DNA of 64,000 nt from an uncultured Nitrospiraceae bacterium (GTDB lineage Bacteria; Nitrospirota; Nitrospiria; Nitrospirales; Nitrospiraceae). A program made the position numbers and the translations under genes. The stretch lies in NCBI GenBank assembly GCA_963730935.1, contig CAVSTP010000002.1:64001-128000 (forward strand), read 5' to 3'. The notes beneath the pieces were generated by a model. The model ran no database searches and had not been told where the DNA came from. It worked only from the letters and a program-made list of their open reading frames with translations. This document shows positions 32,413 through 41,135 of the stretch, piece after piece (the stretch's first letter is position 1; each line of letters opens with the position of its first letter).

Positions 32413-33030
32413 TCAATTTTTTGAGGTTCGGATGACCCGAATCGCCGTCGAAGGCGCTTCCGCAGGACACTGACAGGGTCCTTCGTTCAAGTCCTTCCCA
32501 CATCGCGCGCAGAGTCCGGCGCAATTCTCCCGACAACGCGGCTGCATCGGCGACGCGAGAATAATATGTTCTCGAAGCATTGGGGCGAGCTCGATGTGGT
32601 CGCCTTGATAAAAATACCGGTCATCCCCTTCGTCTTCGACCTCGACATCTGCTTCGGTTTTTGTTGCTCCCGGCCGTCCCTTGCGAGGCTCGCCCGGTTT
32701 CGATTGGCGTGCGCCGACCTTCGACTCTTTGCCTTCGCGGTCAAAAGCGGCATGCACCGAAAACGCCACCGCATCGTCGTACTCCTTTAAGCACCGAACG
32801 CATTGGCGAACCACCGTGCCTTCGAGGACACCGGTCACGGCGACCATGTCATCGGCCTTCATCAAATCCAGACTGACCGAGACCGGTCCGCGGAGAATCG
32901 CATCAGTTTCTGCAAGCTCCAGCTCCTCGGCCGTGACATCGCCAACCAATGAAAGCCCTGTTGCTGTAATGTCCGACACCAGCGGTGTGAGCACTCCCAT
33001 CGTCATCCCTGTAAAGATAGCCATCCTCAA
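32413..33030 (-). CDS. yceD: YceD/DUF177 family protein (start uncertain)
   Basis: CVRCL, PRCRENCAGLCARCG; directly upstream of rpmF. Confidence 0.88.
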   Translation of the reverse strand: MRMAIFTGMTMGVLTPLVSDITATGLSLVGDVTAEELELAETDAILRGPVSVSLDLMKADDMVAVTGVLEGTVVRQCVRCLKEYDDAVAFSVHAAFDREGKESKVGARQSKPGEPRKGRPGATKTEADVEVEDEGDDRYFYQGDHIELAPMLREHIILASPMQPRCRENCAGLCARCGKDLNEGPCQCPAEAPSTAIRVIRTSKN

Positions 33031-33039
33031 CGTCGTTTC

Positions 33040-33309
33040 TTAGCGCTCTTCGGCGAAACTGATCAGGGCAATGTGCCGTGCCCGCTTCACCGCCGTCGTC
33101 AACTCGCGCTGGTGGCCAAGGCAATTGCCCGAAATCCGGCGCGGCACGATCCGACCGCGCTCGGTCAGAAAATTCCGCAAGAGCCCGACGTCCTTGAAAT
33201 CAATGGAGCCCTTTTCGATGCAAAACCGGCAGGGCCGGCGCCGTTGAAAAAACCGCCCTCCGCCGCCGCCATCACCCCGTCCGCCGTTCCCGCCACGTTC
33301 CCGTTCCAT
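33040..33309 (-). CDS. rpsR: 30S ribosomal protein S18
   Basis: [29 protein letters not shown]. Confidence 0.95.
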   Translation of the reverse strand: MERERGGNGGRGDGGGGGRFFQRRRPCRFCIEKGSIDFKDVGLLRNFLTERGRIVPRRISGNCLGHQRELTTAVKRARHIALISFAEER

Positions 33310-33323
33310 AATCTCCCTCACAG

Positions 33324-33737
33324 TTATTGCGGTTCTTCGTATTCGTAATTCGGATCCTCCTGCTGCATGGAGGTATCACTGCCGCCGGTATGGGCGCCAC
33401 CGCCGTCACCGCGTTTCGGCAAAAACGTGATCGTCTGCGCGACGACTTCGTGCTTGCTGCGCTTTTGACCGTCCTCGGTCTCCCACCGTCGCTGCTGCAG
33501 CCGTCCGTCCACGATAACGCCGTTTCCCTTGCTCAGATACTGCCCACAATGCTCGGCCTGCTTGCCGAACACGACAATGTCCACGAAACACACTTCCTCT
33601 TTCAGATCATCACCCTGTTTGTACCGCCGGCTCACCGCCAGTCCCAGGGAGGCGACCGGGGTTCCGCTCGGCGTGTACCGCAGTTCGGGATTGCGGGTGA
33701 GGTTTCCGACGAGGATGACTTTGTTAAACCCGGCCAC
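33324..33737 (-). CDS. ssb: Single-stranded DNA-binding protein
   Basis: [33 protein letters not shown] start overlapping the rpsF end. Confidence 0.95.
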   Translation of the reverse strand: MAGFNKVILVGNLTRNPELRYTPSGTPVASLGLAVSRRYKQGDDLKEEVCFVDIVVFGKQAEHCGQYLSKGNGVIVDGRLQQRRWETEDGQKRSKHEVVAQTITFLPKRGDGGGAHTGGSDTSMQQEDPNYEYEEPQ

Positions 33738-34068
33738 CAGTGAACTCCTCGGACGGTGCCTCAACGCGACGCGGCACCAGTTCCTTTTCGAGATGAACCG
33801 TCAGGAACTTGATGATGTTGTCTTCCAGGCGGTAGGCGTGCTCCAGCTCGCCGACCGTATTGTTCGGCGCCTTGAAATAAAAGTACACGTACGTGCCTTT
33901 TCGCTCACGCCGCACTTCATAGGCCAGCTTCTTGCGGCCCCAATTTTCGGACTTGATGAACTGGGCGCTGGTTCTCTCAGCGACACCTTTCATCTTCTCG
34001 ATGAGCGCATTTGTCTCCTCATCGGAGACGGACGGACGAATAATGAACAGAGACTCGTAGAGCTCCAT
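33724..34068 (-). CDS. rpsF: 30S ribosomal protein S6
   Basis: MELYESLFIIRP, WGRKKLAYEV; SD AGGAGG. Confidence 0.95.
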   Translation of the reverse strand: MELYESLFIIRPSVSDEETNALIEKMKGVAERTSAQFIKSENWGRKKLAYEVRRERKGTYVYFYFKAPNNTVGELEHAYRLEDNIIKFLTVHLEKELVPRRVEAPSEEFTGGRV

Positions 34069-34076
34069 GCAGGGAT

Positions 34077-34116
34077 CCTCCTGGACAAAGGCCCCGGAAC
34101 GCGTCCGGAGCGAGGT
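34077..34116 (-). promoter_or_regulatory. Probable S6:S18 autoregulatory mRNA leader
   Basis: ACCTC-GCTCCGGA-loop-TCCGGGGC-CTTTGT-CCA-GGAGG: stem, CCR motif next to the SD, and a 5' anti-SD. Confidence 0.6.
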
Positions 34117-34216
34117 GTAGGCGCAGCCGTCTAGACGGTGCGAAGCGCAGAACCTAACACAGCCCAAGCGGCTGATGCAAATAGGGTTTTTCCCGAATTG
34201 ACTTCGAATCGACCGT

Positions 34217-34235
34217 TTGTAACCATTGGATACAA
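34217..34235. promoter_or_regulatory. Palindromic putative operator upstream of the imuB-like gene
   Basis: TTGTAACCA-T-TGGATACAA (1 mismatch), 13 bp downstream of a TTGACT -35 (34198-34203) and 17 bp upstream of the ATG. Confidence 0.5.
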
Positions 34236-34252
34236 CAAATGCCTTGTGATGC

Positions 34253-35431
34253 ATGGAACGGCAGATCGCTTGTTTGTACATTCCTTCTTTCGAAATTGCG
34301 CTGGCGCGCGCTCAAAACGCAGCACTGCGAAACCGACCGGTGGCCGTGGCCCCTGTGCACACTCCGCGGGCATTGATTCGGGAAGTTTCTCCCGAGGCAT
34401 CGGCAGAGGGTCTCCAGCCTGGCATGTCGATCGAACTGGCGCGGATGATGTGTCCGGCACTACGGATCGTGCCTCCCGACTCGTCGCGTGTGCAGGCTGC
34501 GCATCGCGAACTCGAACAGCGAGTATTCTCCTGTGCGCCGGCATGGGAATCCATTCGACCGGGCTCATTGTTTCTCGACTTCACCGGCACGACACGGCTT
34601 TTCGGTCCGCCCATCGATACTGCTACCCGCATCGGACAGGAACTGACCCGTCACCGGGGATGGGACAGCGTGATCGGATTAGCCGGCAGCAAGCTCGTCT
34701 CGCAGTTGGCTGCCGCCACGCTGAAACGGCCGCCACAAGTCCTTTGGATTCATCCCGGCTCGGAACCGCCGTTTCTGGCCCCCCTGCCGACTGTGTTGCT
34801 TCCCGGTCTCCCCCGCTGTTCGACGTCACTGATCGTCCAGCGGCTGGAGGATTTGAACCTTCGCACACTCGGTGCGATCGCCTCGGTCTCGCTGTCGCAG
34901 TTGCAAACCGTCTTCGGCACGTCCGCCACTCTCCTGCAGAACTGGGCGTTGGGCATCGATCCTTCGCCGGTTCATCCGCCGGTTGCACAGCCGATGATTG
35001 AACGGACTCTCCCCCTCGATCCTGACGAAGTGGACGATCCTCTCCTGCTCGGACGACTGTATGGACTGCTGGAAGCGCTCTGCGCCACGCTTCGGCAGCA
35101 ACAGCGGGTGTGTCGGCGACTGCGGCTTTTCCTCCGGCACAGCGACCACGTCGAGCGCACGGCACATGAACGATTGCCGCATGGCACGTGCTGGGAAGCG
35201 GATCTTCAACCGGTGCTCACCCGTCTCTTCTACCGGTGTCTGCGCCGGCGGGTACGGGTCACACGCCTGACGCTGCAGATCGATGGGCTGGAGTCGCCGG
35301 CCGAGCAACTATCGCTCTTTGACGAGGCGGCATCCGTCCCGCCCGAGTCGCATCGGCTGTCCGCGGCCCTGGATGCGATTCGAGCGAAATTCGGCGAACA
35401 TGCTTTGTGCTGGGGGAAAACTCTGCGATGA
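34253..35431 (+). CDS. imuB: Catalytically inactive Y-family polymerase homolog (ImuB-like)
   Basis: DinB-like layout, but the catalytic acidic residues are absent (CLYIPSF, IRPGSLFLD); beta-clamp motif QLSLF; ALDAIRAKFG tail; overlaps dnaE2. Confidence 0.8.
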   Translation: MERQIACLYIPSFEIALARAQNAALRNRPVAVAPVHTPRALIREVSPEASAEGLQPGMSIELARMMCPALRIVPPDSSRVQAAHRELEQRVFSCAPAWESIRPGSLFLDFTGTTRLFGPPIDTATRIGQELTRHRGWDSVIGLAGSKLVSQLAAATLKRPPQVLWIHPGSEPPFLAPLPTVLLPGLPRCSTSLIVQRLEDLNLRTLGAIASVSLSQLQTVFGTSATLLQNWALGIDPSPVHPPVAQPMIERTLPLDPDEVDDPLLLGRLYGLLEALCATLRQQQRVCRRLRLFLRHSDHVERTAHERLPHGTCWEADLQPVLTRLFYRCLRRRVRVTRLTLQIDGLESPAEQLSLFDEAASVPPESHRLSAALDAIRAKFGEHALCWGKTLR

Positions 35432-38400
35432 CGCCTGTGTTCATACATCTGCACGTCCATTCCGAGTATTCGGCCATGCGCGGCGTGTCGTCGCTGGAAG
35501 CGCTGTGCCGCTCGGCCCGAGGGTGCGGATTTCCTGCCATGGCCTTGACCGATACGAATGGATTGTATGGCGCGATCAGATTTGTGGAGGAGGCCAAACA
35601 GCAGGGTCTTCGCCCCCTGCTCGGCGCCGAGTTGACGACCGCTGACCATCGGGCACTCCTCTTGGTCAAAACACCGGACGGGTACGCCTCGCTGTGTCGC
35701 CTCCTATCGGAACGGCATGGAGACCCGTCGTTCGATTTTTTCCGAGCCGTGTCGCGTTTCCGCGACGGCCTGATTGTGGCGACCGACGATGAGTCCGCCC
35801 TCCTGACATGGGCGGCGGAATCCCGTGACGATCTCTATGTGGAATTGACGCCGGGGCCGATGATGCATCACACGCTGTTGCTCAGCCGTCGCTTCGGTCT
35901 TCCCCCTGTGGCCACCAATCGCGTGTACTTTTCACGAGTTGAGGAATGCTCGACGCATCGGTTGTTGCGCGCGATCGCAATGAACACGACGCTCTCACGG
36001 CTGTCGAACGACGTGTGCGCCACACCCGCACAATGGCTGATGCCCAGCGCCCGCATGGCCCGGCACTTCCCCCACGTTCCCCAAGCGTTGGAGAACACTG
36101 TCCGCGTCGCCGAAGCCTGCCATAGCGATTGGCGTTTCAGCGACACCATTTTCCCTGCCTTCCGCCGGATGAAGGATGAGGATGCCTTTGCGCTCCTGAA
36201 AGAGAAAACCTACGAAGGAGCTCTCGGACGGTATGGCAGCCTGTCGCGCGAAGTTCGCGAACGAATCGAAAAGGAGTTGTCCGTCATCCGGCAGAAACGT
36301 TTCGCCCATTACTTTCTCGTGGTGGAGGAAATCGTCCGTCAGGCGCCCCGTACGTGCGGTAGAGGGTCGGTGGCCGCTTCGATCGTGTCCTACTGTCTCC
36401 AGATCACGCATGTCGACCCGCTCAAACATCATTTGTTCTTCGAGCGGTTTCTCAATCCCGGCCGGAAAGATCCACCCGACATCGACATTGATTTTCCGTG
36501 GGACGAGCGGGATCCGATCCTCGATTGGGTGTTCCGGCAATACGGAGAACGCCAGGCGGCCATGGTGGCGAATCAAAACAGTCTCGGCTTCCGGGCCGCG
36601 ATCCGCGAAACGGCCAAAGTCCATGGAATCCCCGCAGCGGAAATCACGGCGGTCGCCGCACGTGTCACCCGGCAAAAGGATCTTCTGCACTTTGCCGAAG
36701 CCCCGACCAACGAACAATGGGTGAACCGGCTCTGCCGGACGCTGAATCTTCACGCGCCGTGGCCGGCCATCCTCGCAGACGCCCTTCGCGCGCAAAACCA
36801 TTTTCGCCATCTTTCCATGCATTGCGGCGGGGTCGTGATCGTGCCCGACGACATCCGGCGATATGTGCCGGTCGAGTTTACCGTGAAAGGGTTGCCGGTG
36901 ATTCAGTGGGAAAAGGATCAAACAGAGGACGCGGGACTCGTCAAGATCGATCTGTTGGGAAACCGGTCGCTGGCCGTCATCCGGGACGCCATTGCCGCCG
37001 TGGCCCGTCACACGGGCCGCGTCATCGACTATGCGAGTTGGGATCCACTGGATGATAAAGCCACGCAGGACCTCATCCGACACGGCGACACCATCGGCTG
37101 TTTTTACATCGAATCTCCGGCCACCAGGCTCTTGCTCAGAAAGCTCTGGAGCGGCATGCCGTCCGACCGTCTCGCTTCGGCGGACGTCTTCGATTATCTG
37201 GTGATGGTGTCGTCGTTGGTCCGGCCAGCCGCAATCACCTTTGTGAACGACTTCATCCGGCGCGCGCATGGACAATCGCATGTCCCACTGCATCCGTTGC
37301 TCGAATCCATTTTGGAAGAGACTCATGGCATCATGGTCTATCAGGAAGACGTCACGAAGGTGGCCATGGCACTCGCCGATTTTTCCCTCGAAGATGCGGA
37401 TCAACTCCGAAAGGTCATCAGCAAGAAACATAAGCATCGGCAGCTGCGGGACTACTATCATCAGTTTTGCCGCGGTGCCGAGAACAACGGCGCTTCCCCC
37501 GCCATCATCGACAAGATCTGGACGATGATCATGAGCTTCGCCGGCTACAGTTTTTGCAAGCCCCATTCGGCCAGCTATGCCCAGGTCTCGTTCAAGTCTG
37601 CCTACCTTCGGGCGCACTATCCTGCAGAATTTATGGCAGCCGTCCTCAGCAATGAAGGCGGCTTTTATTCGACCTCTGCCTACCTTTCCGAAGCACGCCG
37701 CATGGGGCTGGCGATTCTCTCGCCGGACGTGAATGCCAGTGGCTGGGCCTATTGTGGCGAAGGAGACCGCCTGCGGATCGGCTTGATGCAAGTGAAAACC
37801 ATCCCGAAAACGCTCGGTACCGCGATCATGACAGAGCGCAACGAGAGAGGCCCCTATCGGTCATTTCAGGATTTTTTGCGACGGGTGAAGCCCGAGCCCG
37901 GGCATGCCCGCGCGCTGGTTCGCGCCGGCTGCTTGGATTCTCTCTCAGGTGAACTGACGAGGCCGGCCTTGCTGTGGCGGCTGTATGCGGGAACCGACGC
38001 GGGATCAGGTCCGCTCCCCGTCCCGGATGATTATCCGGCCTCTCAAAAGCAGGCTCATGAAATTGAGTCGTTTGGTTTTCTCGCCAGCCGCCATCCCTTA
38101 ATGCTCTACCGCAAGCCGATCGAGCGGCTGCAACCGGTACCTGCCTCGCAGATGCACCGGTATATCGGTAATCGCATCACCATGGTGGGATGGCTCATCA
38201 CGGAAAAGCCGGTTGAAACCAAACGCGGCCTGGCGATGGAATTCATCACGCTCGAGGATCACACCGCCCTCTACGACGCCACACTCTTTCCCGATGTGTA
38301 TCGACGTTGCAGCCATCTTCTTTCTTCCAACCGGGCCTACGTCGTACAGGGGCTCGTCGAAGAATCCTTCGGCGTCGTCACGCTCACGGTGCTCGATCTT

Positions 38401-38508
38401 CGCTGGCTGGAGTCCGCAACGGACGACTGCCCCCCTCTGCAACCGTGGGATGATGACTCATGCGACACCTTGCCCGGTCCACCCGCTCATTCCTCCCCGC
38501 TCAGCTAA
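35428..38508 (+). CDS. dnaE2: Error-prone DNA polymerase III alpha-type subunit
   Basis: PHP HLHVHSEYS, GRGS, FERFL, PDIDIDF, KIDLLG, YQED, FAGYSFCKPHSASY, OB fold; ATGA coupling with imuB. Confidence 0.9.
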   Translation: MTPVFIHLHVHSEYSAMRGVSSLEALCRSARGCGFPAMALTDTNGLYGAIRFVEEAKQQGLRPLLGAELTTADHRALLLVKTPDGYASLCRLLSERHGDPSFDFFRAVSRFRDGLIVATDDESALLTWAAESRDDLYVELTPGPMMHHTLLLSRRFGLPPVATNRVYFSRVEECSTHRLLRAIAMNTTLSRLSNDVCATPAQWLMPSARMARHFPHVPQALENTVRVAEACHSDWRFSDTIFPAFRRMKDEDAFALLKEKTYEGALGRYGSLSREVRERIEKELSVIRQKRFAHYFLVVEEIVRQAPRTCGRGSVAASIVSYCLQITHVDPLKHHLFFERFLNPGRKDPPDIDIDFPWDERDPILDWVFRQYGERQAAMVANQNSLGFRAAIRETAKVHGIPAAEITAVAARVTRQKDLLHFAEAPTNEQWVNRLCRTLNLHAPWPAILADALRAQNHFRHLSMHCGGVVIVPDDIRRYVPVEFTVKGLPVIQWEKDQTEDAGLVKIDLLGNRSLAVIRDAIAAVARHTGRVIDYASWDPLDDKATQDLIRHGDTIGCFYIESPATRLLLRKLWSGMPSDRLASADVFDYLVMVSSLVRPAAITFVNDFIRRAHGQSHVPLHPLLESILEETHGIMVYQEDVTKVAMALADFSLEDADQLRKVISKKHKHRQLRDYYHQFCRGAENNGASPAIIDKIWTMIMSFAGYSFCKPHSASYAQVSFKSAYLRAHYPAEFMAAVLSNEGGFYSTSAYLSEARRMGLAILSPDVNASGWAYCGEGDRLRIGLMQVKTIPKTLGTAIMTERNERGPYRSFQDFLRRVKPEPGHARALVRAGCLDSLSGELTRPALLWRLYAGTDAGSGPLPVPDDYPASQKQAHEIESFGFLASRHPLMLYRKPIERLQPVPASQMHRYIGNRITMVGWLITEKPVETKRGLAMEFITLEDHTALYDATLFPDVYRRCSHLLSSNRAYVVQGLVEESFGVVTLTVLDLRWLESATDDCPPLQPWDDDSCDTLPGPPAHSSPLS

Positions 38509-38510
38509 GC

Positions 38511-38700
38511 ATGGCACAATTGCGGGAATCCGCTGACGGCTCTACAAACACGCCACCCAAACGGTCTTTGGCGAAGGGGCCGTCCGCGCGTCAGTTATGT
38601 TTGTCGGGGAGCAACCAGCGATCAGGAAGACCTGGCAGGTCGTCCGTTTGTGGGTCCGGCGGGGAAAATTTTCGACAAGGCGCTGGAGAAGCTGGGATTG
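38511..38700 (+). pseudogene. UdgX-like (family 4) uracil-DNA glycosylase 5' fragment
   Basis: Read across frameshifts: AQLRESADG / LYKHATQTVFGEGAVRASVMFVGEQP / DQEDLAGRPFVGPAGKIFDKALE / AGI. The N-terminal CxxC is missing and the gene is truncated. Confidence 0.8.
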
Positions 38701-38738
38701 CTGCTGCGGTATCTCGAGGTAGGTCGGGTGATTCTTAC

Positions 38739-39371
38739 CTATCGGCCGCTTTCAAACCAATAGATAATTTCAAAAAGGTGGAGATCGACCCCGCGGCTCT
38801 CAGATCCGTAGATAGTCGCGTCGGAGTAATGTTGAAAATGATAGCCGGCGCCGAACGGCCCGGCGAACCGGCTGGTTGCACCCCACGTCCAAACAAACTG
38901 AAAGGGACCGCCGAAATTCTGCTCGCCAAACTTGTAGTCAGTGAGTAAGGCCACCCCGACCCCCATATCGATGGATAACAAGCCGTCCTTCCGACCAAAT
39001 ATGACATCCAAAGGCACCAGCGTGAAGACTCCGTTCGTCTCGTGAGATCCGCGGAGCACCCCCGCAGAGGTCAGCAGCCGGGTCTTGATGATCCAGCCGG
39101 TCCCGACGTTCCACTCCCAGGGAAGCCGCGCTGCTAGCGCAAGATCCACTTGGTTGAAATCAGTCTGCTGTTCTTCTCCTATGACTGAACTGCCACTAAA
39201 GCCTCCTCTCACGGCCAGGGATTCGAGCCTCAACTGTGCAGCCAGATTGGATGAACTGGTAAGGACGATCGCAGCCACCCAGCCGGCGACGATCACACGG
39301 CACAGTCTCGCACAAACAGCCATCTGACGCACGTGGCCTCTGGTATCGAACCGTTCCATACGCTCGATCAC
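38739..39371 (-). CDS. Acyloxyacyl hydrolase / lipid A 3-O-deacylase (PagL-like) outer-membrane protein
   Basis: Signal-like segment, alternating beta-strands, NFGGPFQF and HYSDA (HxSN/DA) motif; GTGA overlap with ychF. Confidence 0.7.
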   Translation of the reverse strand: MIERMERFDTRGHVRQMAVCARLCRVIVAGWVAAIVLTSSSNLAAQLRLESLAVRGGFSGSSVIGEEQQTDFNQVDLALAARLPWEWNVGTGWIIKTRLLTSAGVLRGSHETNGVFTLVPLDVIFGRKDGLLSIDMGVGVALLTDYKFGEQNFGGPFQFVWTWGATSRFAGPFGAGYHFQHYSDATIYGSESRGVDLHLFEIIYWFESGR

Positions 39372-40459
39372 ACGTTGAAACGGAAGTAGACGACGTCCGC
39401 TTCCTTGATCATGTAATCTTTCCCCTCTAAACGGAACAGCCCCTTTTCCTTCACCTTGGCTTCCGATCCGCAGGCCAGCAGATCATCGTAATGATAGACT
39501 TCGGCCCGGATGAAGCCACGTTCCATATCCGAGTGGATCTTGCCGGCCGCTTGAGGCGCCTTCGTGTCTTTCGGAATAGGCCAGGCACGCGATTCAGTTT
39601 CTCCGGCGGTGAAAAACGTAATGAGATCGAGCAGTGCGTATGCTTCCCGAGTCAGGCGAACGAGGCCCGACTCGGTCAATCCCATTTCGCGTAGAAAGTC
39701 CGCCCGCTCTTCGCCTGGTAACGTTGAGAGTTCGGCTTCGAGCTGTCCGCAGATCGTGACCACCCGGGCCGAGCGCTTTTCTGCGAAATCTCGGACGGTA
39801 TTGACCATCATGGCATCGGCATTCTGGCTTTCCGACACGTTGGCCACAAATAACACCGGCTTCGCGGCGAGCAACTGGCACTCATTGAGGATGAGCCGCT
39901 CCTCGGGCGTATAGCTGAGGTTGCCCAACCACTGCCCTTTGTCGAGCAGCGCCATCAGCCTCGTGAGGAATTCGACCTCAAAGGCCGCTTTTTTATCTCC
40001 GGCGCGGACCTTTTTCTCGGTTTTCTGTTTCCGGCGATCGAGTGTTTCAAGATCCGACAGCATCAGTTCGGTTTCAATGACGCCGATATCTCTCAGGGGA
40101 TTCACGCTGCCGCTCACGTGCACGACATCGCTTCCCTGAAAACACCGCACCACATGCAACAAGGCATCGACTTCCCGGATGTGTCCCAGGAATTGATTGC
40201 CCAGTCCTTCGCCCTTGCTGGCGCCTTCGACCAACCCGGCAATGTCGCGGACTTCCAGCGTGCTATACGTGGTTTTTTTGGACTTGAAGATGTCCGTCAG
40301 CGTGTGCAGACGGGGATCCGGCACCAATGCGATCCCGGTGTTGGGATCGACGGTTGCAAACGGATAGTTGGCCGCCAGCGCGCCTGCGGCGGTCAGTGCG
40401 TTGAAGACCGTCGTCTTCCCGACATTGGGCAGTCCGATCATGCCGCAGCAGAGTGCCAT
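39368..40459 (-). CDS. ychF: Redox-regulated ATPase YchF
   Basis: GLPNVGKT, NYPFAT, DIAGLV, GEGLGNQFL, APQAAGKIHSD, RLEGKDY. Confidence 0.97.
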   Translation of the reverse strand: MALCCGMIGLPNVGKTTVFNALTAAGALAANYPFATVDPNTGIALVPDPRLHTLTDIFKSKKTTYSTLEVRDIAGLVEGASKGEGLGNQFLGHIREVDALLHVVRCFQGSDVVHVSGSVNPLRDIGVIETELMLSDLETLDRRKQKTEKKVRAGDKKAAFEVEFLTRLMALLDKGQWLGNLSYTPEERLILNECQLLAAKPVLFVANVSESQNADAMMVNTVRDFAEKRSARVVTICGQLEAELSTLPGEERADFLREMGLTESGLVRLTREAYALLDLITFFTAGETESRAWPIPKDTKAPQAAGKIHSDMERGFIRAEVYHYDDLLACGSEAKVKEKGLFRLEGKDYMIKEADVVYFRFNV

Positions 40460-40548
40460 ACTTTATGCTCAATGGTGAATTATGATTGGGGGAGGAATAG
40501 GTGCTGCTGTACCAGGCAGCCCGCTCACAGGTTCAGACTTCAGATTCT

Positions 40549-41133
40549 TCATTCCTCATTGTCATCGCCGCGTTCACGGACATTGAATTGGTTCATGGCA
40601 GGCTCCGTCCCGCGGTGAATCAGCACCTCGAGGGCATCGACCGCTCGGTCGAGACAGGGCTCGATCACCTCCATCTCCTCCTTCGTGACCGTTTCCAAGA
40701 CGTAGTCCGCAGAATCCTGCCCCGGCGCCGGACGCCCAATGCCGATTTTGACTCTGACGAATTGAGCAGTTCCCAGCGCGTCGATCACCGATTTGATGCC
40801 GTTGTGACCGCCGTGCCCTCCGGCCTGCTTGATGCGCAGGCGGCCCGGCTCCAGATCCAGATCGTCATGCACGAGAATGAGATCGTCCGTGGTGAGCTGG
40901 TACTCGCGGAGAAGACCTTTGAGCGGCGCGCCCGTCACGTTCATGAAATCAAGCGTGCCCGCCAGTTCGATCAGTTGGGAGCCGTGGCGAACGGACGCTC
41001 GCTGAGCCGTTCCGCGCCTGACAAGACGACCCGCCCATCGTGCCGCAGCCCGTTCCACAACCCACATGCCGGCGTTGTGACGGGTCTGGGCATAGGCCGC
41101 GCCAGGGTTGCCCAGTCCTACGATGAGGCGCAA
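40549..41133 (-). CDS. pth: Peptidyl-tRNA hydrolase
   Basis: LIVGLGNPG, TRHNAG, HDDLDL, GGHNG. Confidence 0.96.
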   Translation of the reverse strand: MRLIVGLGNPGAAYAQTRHNAGMWVVERAAARWAGRLVRRGTAQRASVRHGSQLIELAGTLDFMNVTGAPLKGLLREYQLTTDDLILVHDDLDLEPGRLRIKQAGGHGGHNGIKSVIDALGTAQFVRVKIGIGRPAPGQDSADYVLETVTKEEMEVIEPCLDRAVDALEVLIHRGTEPAMNQFNVRERGDDNEE

Positions 41134-41135
41134 CG

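Noticed and set aside
33724..34281. 185-aa N-terminally extended S6
   Set aside because: The true start is ATG 34068 with an AGGAGG SD; the extension runs through the leader, promoters and the imuB start.
38460..38948. 162-aa plus-strand ORF after dnaE2
   Set aside because: Mostly an out-of-frame reading of the UdgX-like pseudogene running antisense into the PagL-like gene.
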